NCBI GenBank assembly: GCA_026401075.1
Contig: JAPLNQ010000163.1
Location: 498 to 64,497, forward strand
Length of the DNA: 64,000 nucleotides
Reading direction: 5' to 3'
From: Planctomycetia bacterium
GTDB lineage: Bacteria > Planctomycetota > Planctomycetia > Pirellulales > UBA1268
Shown: one piece after another, positions 37,933-48,110 of the stretch
How positions within the stretch are numbered: position 1 is the stretch's first letter
How the letters are laid out: every line of letters starts with the position of its first letter
Notes under the pieces: generated by a model
What the model saw: only the letters and a program-made list of their open reading frames with translations
The model's database searches: none
Told to the model about the DNA's origin: nothing
Translations under genes and position numbers: made by a program

Positions 37933-38664
37933 TTAGGCCGCCGCAGGGGTCGCCAGGTAGTGCCCCTTCACGAGCTTGAAACCGTCGGTGATGTTCGCCG
38001 GATACGACAGTGGAGCGCGCAGCGAGGGCTCCTCCCGGCGGTAGTAGTAGCGGTTCAGGCCGTCGAAGAGACCGAATTCGTAGCCATGCTCGAAGAGCAG
38101 CCCCTCCCAATCGAACCAGGTCGGTTCGTAGGAGTAGACATCGCAGCCGGGCAATTTCGCCTTGATCGCCTCTAGCAGGATCACCCGCGGCCGGAATGCC
38201 CGCCACTCGCCACCGAGCAGTACGTCCCGCTCAGCGCCCTCGACGTCGATTTTCAGAAACTGCACGTCCTGGCCGTCGAGCTGGCTGGTGACGTCGGCGA
38301 GGGTGATCATGCGGACGGAATACGTCTTCTTCGCAAGGCCAAAGCCCGCCAAACTCTTGGCATCCATCGTGTCGCGATACGTCGACAGGCCCGAGTCGCC
38401 CCATTCGCTGAACTCGACCGACCCACGCTCCGTTCCGAGCACGACGTTCAGATTCCAGTCGCGGGGCCGTTGTTCCTCGAACTTCTGGTGAAATCGTACG
38501 ACGGGCTCCACATTCACGCCCGACCAGCCCTTGTCATAGAAGTGCTTGGTCACCGAGTCCACGACGGGATCGAAGCCACCGACATCGATGTAACGGCCCA
38601 CCGGCACGTTGTGGAACACGCGATTGAGGACGACATCCTCAAAATTCTGGGCGTACGAGATCAT
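37933..38664 (-). CDS. FkbM family methyltransferase
   Basis: Track ORF 37933..38829. ATG 38664 is preceded by GGAGAAG. MISYAQNFEDVVL..GRYIDVGGFDPV...VQFLKIDVEGAE. Confidence 0.8.
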   Translation of the reverse strand: MISYAQNFEDVVLNRVFHNVPVGRYIDVGGFDPVVDSVTKHFYDKGWSGVNVEPVVRFHQKFEEQRPRDWNLNVVLGTERGSVEFSEWGDSGLSTYRDTMDAKSLAGFGLAKKTYSVRMITLADVTSQLDGQDVQFLKIDVEGAERDVLLGGEWRAFRPRVILLEAIKAKLPGCDVYSYEPTWFDWEGLLFEHGYEFGLFDGLNRYYYRREEPSLRAPLSYPANITDGFKLVKGHYLATPAAA

Positions 38665-38729
38665 CGCGATGGCTTCTCCAGGGACTTTTGTTGAGGGACG
38701 CGTGTTCGAGCGGATTCCTTGAGGCGACT

Positions 38730-39695
38730 CTAGGCCGCCTTTTGAACGATGAGGGCGATAGAAGTCGATGCGTAGCCCGCAAGATTGAGCCGCAGGTGCT
38801 TGATCCGTGCGGGCGGGTCGGTGGCCCACTGGCAGTAGGGTGGCACATCGATCACGCGATCAAGCGGATCGCTGCCGGGATCGAGGTCGATCGGCTCGAC
38901 ACGGTGGCCCTTGGCAACCAGCCGCTGACAGACCGACTCGATATCCTTCAGTCGGTAGATCACACACGGCCCATCGGCGAGCGTGGCATCGTTGCTCGAG
39001 AGATTGAATTCGGTCGTGTGGACGGCAATGCCCCCAGGCTTGAGGCAGTCCATCTGCCGCTCCAGGAACCGCAGGCCGAGGTCGAGATTGCCACAGTGCT
39101 CAAAGGAGCATGTCGACCAGGTGAAGTCATACCCACCGAGGTCGTCGGGGATGTGGTTCATGTCGACCGGCCGATAGGCGACGTTGTCGCGAAACGCGGT
39201 CTTCGGACAGAGCCCCGATTCGTTGAGCGCATCGAGATTACCAACCCACTGGCCCGACGCCGCCCACGGCCGGTTTCGCTCGTCGTCGCTGGGCAGGTCG
39301 GTCGCGGTGATCCGGCAGCCGCGCGACGCGAAGAAGGACGGTAGCTTTTCAGCGCCCACAGCAAACCCAAGGCCCGTGCGACCCGGCTGCAGCATCCCGC
39401 GCTCCTCGAGGGCCTGGCAGATAAACGCCAGCTCCCAGAGCTTGCGGTGCGCCCGCCATGGCTCCCGGAGCTGATCGGCCCAGTTGCGAAAGGCGGCCGA
39501 GTCAAGTGTGGCATGCCGGCACAGTTGCGACACGAGCCCGGTTCCCTCGGTCGACGAGGACCTCCTTACGCCATGCAGTTGCGACTGCGTGCGGGCGAAC
39601 GACTGCGGCCGGATCACCGGCAGCTCGACGGGCTGGGCGGCCTGGGGCCGCTTGGGCCGCCACGCGTTGCGAATTTTCCTGAGGAGTGATGCCAT
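38730..39695 (-). CDS. Class I SAM-dependent methyltransferase (paralogue of the N-terminal half of 32956-34905)
   Basis: 321 aa. REPWRAHRKLWELAFICQALEERGML..GLGFAVGAEKLPSFFASRGCRITATDL...PGGIAVHTTEFNLSSND. Confidence 0.75.
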   Translation of the reverse strand: MASLLRKIRNAWRPKRPQAAQPVELPVIRPQSFARTQSQLHGVRRSSSTEGTGLVSQLCRHATLDSAAFRNWADQLREPWRAHRKLWELAFICQALEERGMLQPGRTGLGFAVGAEKLPSFFASRGCRITATDLPSDDERNRPWAASGQWVGNLDALNESGLCPKTAFRDNVAYRPVDMNHIPDDLGGYDFTWSTCSFEHCGNLDLGLRFLERQMDCLKPGGIAVHTTEFNLSSNDATLADGPCVIYRLKDIESVCQRLVAKGHRVEPIDLDPGSDPLDRVIDVPPYCQWATDPPARIKHLRLNLAGYASTSIALIVQKAA

Positions 39696-39732
39696 TGGGT
39701 TGGTTCCGATTCCTTCTTTCGAAAACCCCGTG

Positions 39733-40764
39733 TCACGCCGCCCGCCGCACGCGGGTCTCCCGCTCGGCGAGCGCCTTTTCCTGCGACGCCAGTTCCATGT
39801 CGCACTCGACCATCATGTCCACGAGTTGCTCGAAGGTGGTCTGCGGATTCCAGCCCAGCTTGGTGCGGGCCTTCGTGCTGTCGCCCAGGAGCAGATCGAC
39901 CTCGGCGGGCCGGTAGTACCGCGAATCGATCTCCACGAAATCCTGGTAATCGAGCCCCAGCCGCGAGAAGGTCTTCTCGCAGAATTCGCGGACGGAATAG
40001 AGCTCGTTCATGGCCAAGACGTAGTCATCGGGCTTGTCCTGCTGCAGCATCCGCCACATCCCCTCGACATAGTCGCCGGCGAAGCCCCAGTCCCGCTGGG
40101 CGTCGAGGTTGCCGAGGTAGAGCTTCTCCTGCAGGCCGAGCTTGATCCGCGTGGCCGCGCGGGTGATCTTCCGCGTCACGAAGGTCTCGCCGCGGCGGGG
40201 ACTCTCGTGGTTGAAGAGGATGCCGCAGGAGGCGTGGAGGCCGTAGCTCTCGCGGTAGTTGACGGTGATCCAGTGGCCGTAGAGCTTGGCCACGCCGTAG
40301 GGGCTCCGCGGATAGAACGGTGTCGTTTCCTTCTGCGGCGTCTCCACAACCTTGCCGTACATCTCGGAGCTGGATGCCTGGTAGAAGCGGATCTGCTCGC
40401 CCGTGTCGTCCTGCACGTCGCGAATCGCCTCGAGCAGGCGGAGCGTGCCGACGGCGGTGACGTCGGCGGTGTAGGCCGGCTGGTCGAAGCTCACACGCAC
40501 ATGGCTCTGGGCGGCGAGGTTGTAAACCTCTTGCGGGCGGATCTCGCGGATCAGCCGGACCAGTCCGTTGCCGTCCGACAGGTCGCCGTAATGCAGGTGC
40601 AGTTGGGGCTTGTCGCCAAAGATCAGGTGCTCGATCCGCTGGGTGCCGAAGGTACTGGAGCGACGCCGCAGGCCGTGCACCTCGTAGCCCTTCGAGAGCA
40701 GCAGCTCCGCAAGGTAGGAACCATCCTGACCCGTGACACCCGTGACCAAGGCACGCCGCTGCAT
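39733..40764 (-). CDS. gmd: GDP-mannose 4,6-dehydratase
   Basis: Track ORF 39733..40800. ATG 40764 ([32 protein letters not shown]). [28 protein letters not shown]. Confidence 0.92.
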   Translation of the reverse strand: MQRRALVTGVTGQDGSYLAELLLSKGYEVHGLRRRSSTFGTQRIEHLIFGDKPQLHLHYGDLSDGNGLVRLIREIRPQEVYNLAAQSHVRVSFDQPAYTADVTAVGTLRLLEAIRDVQDDTGEQIRFYQASSSEMYGKVVETPQKETTPFYPRSPYGVAKLYGHWITVNYRESYGLHASCGILFNHESPRRGETFVTRKITRAATRIKLGLQEKLYLGNLDAQRDWGFAGDYVEGMWRMLQQDKPDDYVLAMNELYSVREFCEKTFSRLGLDYQDFVEIDSRYYRPAEVDLLLGDSTKARTKLGWNPQTTFEQLVDMMVECDMELASQEKALAERETRVRRAA

Positions 40765-40911
40765 CGATGACTCTCCCGTATAGTGTGGGCCGCGTGGCAC
40801 GGCGCCCGCGCCAACGCGGCAACCGGACCAGCCGTTCCATTCCTGCGGGGGGGACGTTAGCAGGACGATCCGGCCGACGAAACGGCAGTTTTTGAGCCGC
40901 TCTTTGCGCAG

Positions 40912-42033
40912 CTACTTGCCCAGAATCCCGGCATACACCTCGGCATACCCCCGGGCCGTGGCCGCCCAGGAGAAGCCGGCGGCATGGTCCTTCAGCCGTG
41001 TCGCGAAGGCCGGATCGGCCTGATAGCGGGCCAGGCCGTCTCGATAGACCGCGGCCAGTTCCGCCGGCTCATAGCCGTCGAAATAGAAGCCCATGTCGCC
41101 GGCGATCTCCGGCAGGCTCGTCCGCCGCGACAGAAACACCGGCCTGCCGCACTGCATCGCCTCGAGCACCGGAAACCCAAAGCCCTCGGTGAGCGACGGA
41201 AAGAGGAACGCCTCGCAGTGCTCGTAGAGCCACTGCCGATCGCCGTCCGACACCTCGCCCGGCAGGATCACCCGCCCAGCGAGACCGCGCTTGGCAACCT
41301 CGCGCTCCAGAAACTCGCCGTAGGGCGTCGTCTTCTTACCGGCGATCACGAGCCGCATTTCAGGCAACTGGTCGACCAGGCCGAACAAGGCATGAAAATT
41401 CTTATGTGGCAGGCAGTTGCCGATCGTGAGCACGAATGGACCCGCCGGCACGAAGGCGGGCCATGTGGCCGAGGCCACGGGCGGAATCGACACAGCCAAG
41501 GGCACGACGTGCACGGGACGGCCACCCAGATCGACGTGCCGGGCCACATCGTCGGCCACATAGGCCGAATCGACCACGATGGCGGCCGCGCGGTTCACCT
41601 TCCGCTGGATGTCGGCAAGCTTGCGGCCGATCTCGTCGGTGCGAGCATCGGCCGGAGACTCGTGCAGGAAGTTCAGGTCGTGGATCGTGAGCACGACCGG
41701 CACCCGGTCGTCGAGCGGCAGATACTTCGACATCTGACTGGTGACATGCCAGAGGGCCATCCGCGGGTCGGGTAGCAGCGATGTCAGCAGCGGCCGGACG
41801 AACGGCCGGTAGAGCTGGCGAATCGCCTCCTTGTTCCAGGGCGACACGGCAATCGTCTCGAAGCCGCCGTCAGGGAAATACCGCTCGGCTCCGCTCGGCA
41901 GCAGAAACACCGGCTGAAACCGGCCCGCGGCGACGGCAAGGATTTCCTGGCCCAGGTGCAGAGAATACCGACCCAGTCCACAGTTGATGTGGCGGAGCTT
42001 TTCGAGGTCGATGACGACTTGGGGCAGGCTCAT
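40912..42033 (-). CDS. Glycosyltransferase family 4 (paralogue of 30544-31713)
   Basis: Track ORF 40912..42063. ATG 42033 (MSLPQVVIDLEKLRHINCGLGRY). EGFGFPVLEAMQCGRPVFLSRRTSLPE. Confidence 0.85.
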   Translation of the reverse strand: MSLPQVVIDLEKLRHINCGLGRYSLHLGQEILAVAAGRFQPVFLLPSGAERYFPDGGFETIAVSPWNKEAIRQLYRPFVRPLLTSLLPDPRMALWHVTSQMSKYLPLDDRVPVVLTIHDLNFLHESPADARTDEIGRKLADIQRKVNRAAAIVVDSAYVADDVARHVDLGGRPVHVVPLAVSIPPVASATWPAFVPAGPFVLTIGNCLPHKNFHALFGLVDQLPEMRLVIAGKKTTPYGEFLEREVAKRGLAGRVILPGEVSDGDRQWLYEHCEAFLFPSLTEGFGFPVLEAMQCGRPVFLSRRTSLPEIAGDMGFYFDGYEPAELAAVYRDGLARYQADPAFATRLKDHAAGFSWAATARGYAEVYAGILGK

Positions 42034-42270
42034 GGGACAAAGAATACCCGGACATAGAGGCACAACACCTCCATCTTCCCGACTCTGCGCGCTGCTGCCC
42101 AGCCCAGCCCCGGCCCACCCGACAGCATTCCCATCGCGGGCCGGTCATAGCTGGCGGCTTGGAAGCGGGGAAGGTTCCTGCCATAGTGATGGCCCCGGCA
42201 CGGCGGCCGGGCTGGCCCGCTCCAGTGGCAGGTTTCGCATCATCCTCGGTCCTTCCAGACACAACACACC

Positions 42271-43458
42271 ATGAAAATCCACGAATATCAGGCCAAGGAT
42301 CTGCTGCGAGCGGCCGGAGTGCCGGTGCTGGCCGGCCGTGTCGCCCGCACGCCCGAAGAGGCCGCCGCCGCGTTCACCGCGCTCGGCACTCCGGTGTGTG
42401 CCGTGAAGGCCCAGATCCACGCTGGCGGCCGTGGCAAGGGACAAGTCATTGGTTCCACCCAGCGCGGTGTAGAATTGGCCAAGAGCGCCGATGACGCGGC
42501 GCGGATCGCCAAGGGGCTGCTCGGCAACACGCTTGTCACGATCCAGACCGGGCCCGAGGGGCAGGTCGTGCGGCAGGTGTTTGTGGAGAGCGGCTGCGCG
42601 ATCGACCGCGAGCTCTACTGTGCGGTGCTCGTCGACCGCCGCGTCGGCTCGCCGGTGCTCATTGCCAGCACCGCCGGCGGCATGGATATCGAGGAGGTCG
42701 CGCACAACACGCCGGAGCTGATCCTCAGCGAGCCCTTCGACCCCGATCGCGGCCTCGCGAGCTACCAGGCCCGGCTGTTGGCCGCGAAGCTCGGTCTGCC
42801 GACGGCCAGCTGGCGGCACGCCGAGGCCTTTTTTCGCAAGCTCTGCGCGGCGTTCGTGTCGCTCGACGCGTCGCTGCTCGAGATCAATCCGCTGGTGCTC
42901 ACGAAAGACGGCACGCTCGTCGCCCTCGATGCCAAGATGACGTTCGACGACAACGCGCTGTTTCGCCACAAAGATCTGACCGCGCTTCGCGACGAGGCGG
43001 AGGAAGAGCCGGCCGAGACGCGGGCCGCCGCCGCCGGCCTCTCCTATGTGAAGCTCAACGGCACGATCGGCTGCCTGGTCAACGGGGCCGGCCTCGCCAT
43101 GAGCACGATGGATCTCGTGAAGTACCATGGTGGCCAGCCGGCCAACTTCCTCGACGTGGGCGGCGGCGCTGACGTCAATCAGGTGACCGAGGCGTTCCGG
43201 ATCATCCTCTCCGATCCCCACGTGAAGGCCATCCTCGTCAACATCTTTGGTGGCATCATGCGATGCACGACGATCGCCAACGCCGTCGTCGAGGCCTCGA
43301 AAACCGTCGGCTTCACCGTGCCTCTGGTCGTACGGCTCGAGGGCACCGAGGTGGAGGAGGGGAAGAAGATCCTGGCCAACAGTGGCACCGCGATCATCAC
43401 CGCCGACGGCCTGACCGACGCCGCCAAGAAGGTGGTCGCCGCAGCCAACGCCGCCTAA
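42271..43458 (+). CDS. sucC: Succinate--CoA ligase (ADP-forming) subunit beta
   Basis: [19 protein letters not shown]..., the ATP-grasp and CoA-ligase regions, GGIMRC. Confidence 0.95.
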   Translation: MKIHEYQAKDLLRAAGVPVLAGRVARTPEEAAAAFTALGTPVCAVKAQIHAGGRGKGQVIGSTQRGVELAKSADDAARIAKGLLGNTLVTIQTGPEGQVVRQVFVESGCAIDRELYCAVLVDRRVGSPVLIASTAGGMDIEEVAHNTPELILSEPFDPDRGLASYQARLLAAKLGLPTASWRHAEAFFRKLCAAFVSLDASLLEINPLVLTKDGTLVALDAKMTFDDNALFRHKDLTALRDEAEEEPAETRAAAAGLSYVKLNGTIGCLVNGAGLAMSTMDLVKYHGGQPANFLDVGGGADVNQVTEAFRIILSDPHVKAILVNIFGGIMRCTTIANAVVEASKTVGFTVPLVVRLEGTEVEEGKKILANSGTAIITADGLTDAAKKVVAAANAA

Positions 43459-43514
43459 GGCGAACCCACCACTGCTTTTCCACACGTTCCCTGTTCCGCT
43501 TTCGAAAGTCTCCA

Positions 43515-44389
<875 letters not shown>

Positions 44390-44390
<1 letters not shown>

Positions 44391-44472
44391 AAAATGGGGA
44401 CGGGAGCGATTTTTCGCTACCGATGATTCGCTCCAAGGTTGCTCCACAAAAATCGCTCCCGTCCCCATTTTC
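44390..44472. repeat. Family-2 inverted repeat: perfect 25-bp arms with a 33-bp spacer
   Basis: gaaaatggggacgggagcgattttt (44390-44414) and aaaaatcgctcccgtccccattttc (44448-44472). Occupies the whole sucD-lutA gap, from the last base of the sucD TAG to the base before the lutA ATG. Confidence 0.9.
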
Positions 44473-45201
44473 ATGAACGTCAACCTTTTCATCCCTTGCT
44501 TCGTCGATCAAATGACCCCGCAAGTGGGGCTTGCAGTGGCCCGCGTGCTCGAAAAACTTGGCCACTCGGTCGAGTTTCGCTCGGCCCAGACCTGCTGCGG
44601 CCAGCCGAGCTTCAACTCGGGCTACTGGGACGAGGCCCGCGCCGTCGCCATCCATGCACTGGAAGTCTTCGCCGGGGCCGATGCCGTGGTCGGCCCGAGC
44701 GGCTCCTGCGTGGCGATGATGCGGGTCTTCTATCCGGAGCTGCTCGAGGGCACGCCCCACGAGACCGCCGCCCTCGATCTGGCATCGCGAACCTTCGAAT
44801 TCGGCGAGTTCCTCGTCAAGAAGCTGGGCGTGACCGATGTCGGGGCACGGTTCCCTCATCGTGTCACCTACCATGACGGCTGCCACGGCCTCCGCGAACT
44901 GCGGGTCAAGGACGAGCCCCGGCAACTCTTGCGGGCCGTCCGCGACCTGGAGCTCGTCGAGTGCGACGAGCCAGAGAGCTGCTGCGGCTTCGGTGGGCTC
45001 TTCAGCGTGAAGTTTCCCATGATCTCCACGGCGATGGCGGAGGTGAAGGGCGGATCGCTGGCCCGCACCGACTGCGACTACATCGTATCGAGCGATCCGA
45101 GCTGCCAGCTGCAGCTCGACGGCTGGCTGGCCCGCAACGGTCGAAAGGCACGCACCGTCCATCTCGCCGAGGTCCTGGCCGGCACGGTCGAGGAACGGTA
45201 G
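44473..45201 (+). CDS. lutA: Lactate utilisation protein A (Fe-S/CCG-domain oxidoreductase)
   Basis: Track ORF 44188..45201. ATG 44473 ([13 protein letters not shown]). Two CCG motifs ([15 protein letters not shown]). Confidence 0.85.
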   Translation: MNVNLFIPCFVDQMTPQVGLAVARVLEKLGHSVEFRSAQTCCGQPSFNSGYWDEARAVAIHALEVFAGADAVVGPSGSCVAMMRVFYPELLEGTPHETAALDLASRTFEFGEFLVKKLGVTDVGARFPHRVTYHDGCHGLRELRVKDEPRQLLRAVRDLELVECDEPESCCGFGGLFSVKFPMISTAMAEVKGGSLARTDCDYIVSSDPSCQLQLDGWLARNGRKARTVHLAEVLAGTVEER

Positions 45202-45220
45202 CTGGACCAAAGAGCCCGGC

Positions 45221-46252
45221 TTATTTCGCCGGCTGGCTGGCACCTGCCGCCGGCGCACTCTCGGTCGCTGGCGTCCCTGCCGCCGCTTGCACGGCCGTCA
45301 ACTCGTCGAGGGCGACGACCGAGATCACGTGCCGGCCCCAGGCATGCAGCCGGTAGCGCTCGAGCAGGCCTATATCCCGCTTACCGTTGGCGTTGGGGTC
45401 GTTGACCACCAGGCTGGCAGTGAAGGCCTTGTCGCGATCAGTATCGAGGTAGGGCTCGCCGTCATCGTGCTGCTTGTTACCGTTCAGATCGGCGAAGGGC
45501 TCGCTCCAGCGAGGCGGAGGCGGAGGCGGAGCGGGGGGTGTGGGCGGGGGATTCTCGGGCTTAGCTTTCTTGCCTTTCTTGTCCTGCTTGTCCTGCTTGT
45601 CATTGTCGAGTGGCTTGTCGCGATTCACCTGCTCCTGCTGGGCGACAGCATTGCCCTTGGTGTCTGCGGCATCGAGCACAGCCGGGGCCACGTCAGGCGA
45701 CGGCTCTGGAACACTTCCGGGCTCGCCGTCGAGCAGGACCGCGCGTTTTGCGTCGTCCGGCTCGACGCAGCGGGCGAAGGTCCGCAGCATTCGCGTGCCC
45801 ATGTCGTAGCCCAGCGTGGAACCATCGAGCCGGAACGCCTCGGGTACCGGCGCGATCGAGCAGGCGATCAGGAGCGTTCCGGCGAGGATGATGCCCGCCA
45901 CGGCCCCCACCAGCGCGCCGCCGAGTTTGTCGATGATCGGCGCAAACCGCACCACCTCGGCAGGAACGTATCCGCCCATCGCCAGCCGGGTTGCAACGGC
46001 CGTACCGACCAAGAGCAGGCCAAAGGCCGCTGGAAACGCATACACGATTGGCAGTTCAAAGGTCGTGAGCAACGCCGCCAGCGGATCGGCGAAGGCCAGC
46101 GCGAACACAAGCGCCAGAAGCGCCTGCATGCCAGTCAGCACCGCCAGAAACAGTCCGTTCTGCACGCCAAAGGCCACGAGCGCCAGCACGACGCCACCCA
46201 CGATGAGGTCGCCAAACCGCTGCAGGATGGACACCGCCAGCAGCATCAGCAT
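45221..46252 (-). CDS. CvpA-like integral membrane protein with Pro-rich linker and Asp-rich (Ca-binding-like) C-terminal region
   Basis: The N-terminal ~170 aa have 4 hydrophobic helices resembling the CvpA family. Then KDKKGKKAKPENPPPTPPAPPPPPP, and DLNGNKQHDDGEPYLDTDRD / NDPNANGKRD. Confidence 0.5.
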   Translation of the reverse strand: MLMLLAVSILQRFGDLIVGGVVLALVAFGVQNGLFLAVLTGMQALLALVFALAFADPLAALLTTFELPIVYAFPAAFGLLLVGTAVATRLAMGGYVPAEVVRFAPIIDKLGGALVGAVAGIILAGTLLIACSIAPVPEAFRLDGSTLGYDMGTRMLRTFARCVEPDDAKRAVLLDGEPGSVPEPSPDVAPAVLDAADTKGNAVAQQEQVNRDKPLDNDKQDKQDKKGKKAKPENPPPTPPAPPPPPPRWSEPFADLNGNKQHDDGEPYLDTDRDKAFTASLVVNDPNANGKRDIGLLERYRLHAWGRHVISVVALDELTAVQAAAGTPATESAPAAGASQPAK

Positions 46253-46292
46253 GAGTGCCTCGCCTGCGACGACGGTGGATACACAATGCTGC

Positions 46293-47999
46293 TCACTTGG
46301 TCACCCGCACGATCTCGTTGATGCTCGTGATGCCAGCCAACACCTTGGCGATGCCCGATTCCTGCAGGGTCCGCGTGCCCGCCTTGCGGGACGCTGCGCG
46401 GATGGCCTGGATCGACGGGTGCTCCACGAGCAGCTCGCGAATGGCATTGTCGAACACGAGCAATTCATGCACACCCGTGCGGCCCTTGTAGCCGGTGCCG
46501 TGGCAGGCCGGGCAGCCCTTTTCCTTGTAGATCGTCACTTCCTTGTCAGCGGGCACGCCCAGCTTCTGCCGGAATTCAGCCGGCGCCGGATAGGGCTCCT
46601 TGCACTTGGGACAGAGCACGCGGACGAGACGCTGGGCGAGCACCGCAGTGATCGCCGACTGGATGAGCGAGGTGTCGATGCCGATGTCGAGCAGCCGCGT
46701 GATGGTCGTCGCCGTGTCGTTGGCGTGCAAGGTCGTGAAGACGAAATGGCCCGTCATCGCCGCCTGCATCGCGATCTCGGCCGTCTCCTTGTCGCGAATC
46801 TCTCCCACAAGGATCACGTCCGGATCCTGCCGCAGCACCGATCGTAGAATCTTCGCGAACGTCAGGTCGGCAGCCGTGTTGACGGCCGTCTGCGAGATAT
46901 TTTCGAGCTGGTATTCGATCGGGTCTTCGATGGTGACGATGTTGCGGGAGAGGACGTCGATCTCGCTCAAGGCGACGTAGAGGGTCGTCGTCTTGCCCGA
47001 GCCGGTGGGGCCACAGACGATCAGCATGCCGTGGGGTTGCTGGACGATCGCCTGAAGCGTTTTGAGCATCGAGTCCCGCATGCCCAGCGAGGTGAGCCCC
47101 CCCTTGATGACGGTACTGTCGGCATCGAGCAGCCGTAATGCCATCTTCTCGCCGAAGTTGGTGGGCCCGGAGGCCGCACGGACGTCGAACTTGTGGCCGC
47201 CCTTCAGCACGGCAAACGTGCCGTCCTGCGGCCGCCGCCGTTCCGCGATGTCCATGTTGGCACAGACCTTGATGGCCGACACGACGGCCTTGGCAGCCGA
47301 TCCCTTGAGCGTCGACACGTTCTGCATGATGCCGTCAATACGGCAGCGGACGGTCAATTCCTCGGCGGCCTTGGGTTCGAGGTGGATGTCGGTGGACCGC
47401 ATCCCGATCGCCTTCTCAAAGATCTGCTGCACGGTCTTGATCGCCCGCGAGGCCTCGCGATCCAGGCCGTCGCTGCCCTGCCCGTCGACGGGGGTGCCGT
47501 CTTTCTTCAGGATCACGACCGAGATGTCGGCTTCGCGGCTAGCGATGTGGCCGACCGGAAACCACTTTTCGAACGATTTTTGCATGCCCGTTTTCGTGGC
47601 GACCAGGAACATCATCTTCCGGGCGAACCGCTGGGTGAACATCTTGCGGGTCGAGGGCGCCTTGGTGTCGCGATAGGCGACATACCCCACGAAACTGGCG
47701 GGCAAGGCCACGAGAAACAACGGCAGCATGCCCAGGCCGTACTGGTAGGTGATAAAGAAGAAGACCGCACCAGCGGCCACGAAGGGCAACGACCAGGGGA
47801 AGTCATCGCCCAGGATCTCCTGGTAATCGGTGTCCACCCATATGCAGAACGCCGCCCAGGCGGTGGCCAGAATGACCCAAGCCACGCCCAGCCATACCAA
47901 GCGGTCGATCGCGGCCGCCGAGAGCATTCCTGTCACCTTTTCCAAGGACTGTGCCAACGTCGGAGCGCCCGTCGCGCCGATCGACGACAGTACCCTCAC
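46293..47999 (-). CDS. GspE/PilB-family secretion ATPase with N-terminal transmembrane anchor
   Basis: Walker A GPTGSGKTTT, GEIRDKETA, Asp/His boxes, and a tetracysteine CPKC...CPAC. The first ~95 aa contain three hydrophobic helices in place of the usual soluble N-domain. Alternative start at ATG 47924. Confidence 0.85.
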   Translation of the reverse strand: MRVLSSIGATGAPTLAQSLEKVTGMLSAAAIDRLVWLGVAWVILATAWAAFCIWVDTDYQEILGDDFPWSLPFVAAGAVFFFITYQYGLGMLPLFLVALPASFVGYVAYRDTKAPSTRKMFTQRFARKMMFLVATKTGMQKSFEKWFPVGHIASREADISVVILKKDGTPVDGQGSDGLDREASRAIKTVQQIFEKAIGMRSTDIHLEPKAAEELTVRCRIDGIMQNVSTLKGSAAKAVVSAIKVCANMDIAERRRPQDGTFAVLKGGHKFDVRAASGPTNFGEKMALRLLDADSTVIKGGLTSLGMRDSMLKTLQAIVQQPHGMLIVCGPTGSGKTTTLYVALSEIDVLSRNIVTIEDPIEYQLENISQTAVNTAADLTFAKILRSVLRQDPDVILVGEIRDKETAEIAMQAAMTGHFVFTTLHANDTATTITRLLDIGIDTSLIQSAITAVLAQRLVRVLCPKCKEPYPAPAEFRQKLGVPADKEVTIYKEKGCPACHGTGYKGRTGVHELLVFDNAIRELLVEHPSIQAIRAASRKAGTRTLQESGIAKVLAGITSINEIVRVTK

Positions 48000-48110
48000 A
48001 ACCTCTTTCCCTTAGTATTCCACAATTTCTACCCTGCTGCGCCAAAGAAATCCACGGAATCAGTCCCTCGCGGCCGCAGGCCGGCCCCGACGAGCGGCTA
48101 TGATGGAGGC

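Noticed and set aside
47193-48110. 306-codon N-terminal extension of the lutB ORF in the track (789 aa in total). Similar upstream extensions occur on the ffh, ctp, epimerase, GT and DUF1559 ORFs.
   Set aside because: The extensions overlap oppositely oriented real genes or repeat elements and lack homology-like motifs. Internal ATG/GTG codons with SD-like sequences match the canonical N-termini of the families.
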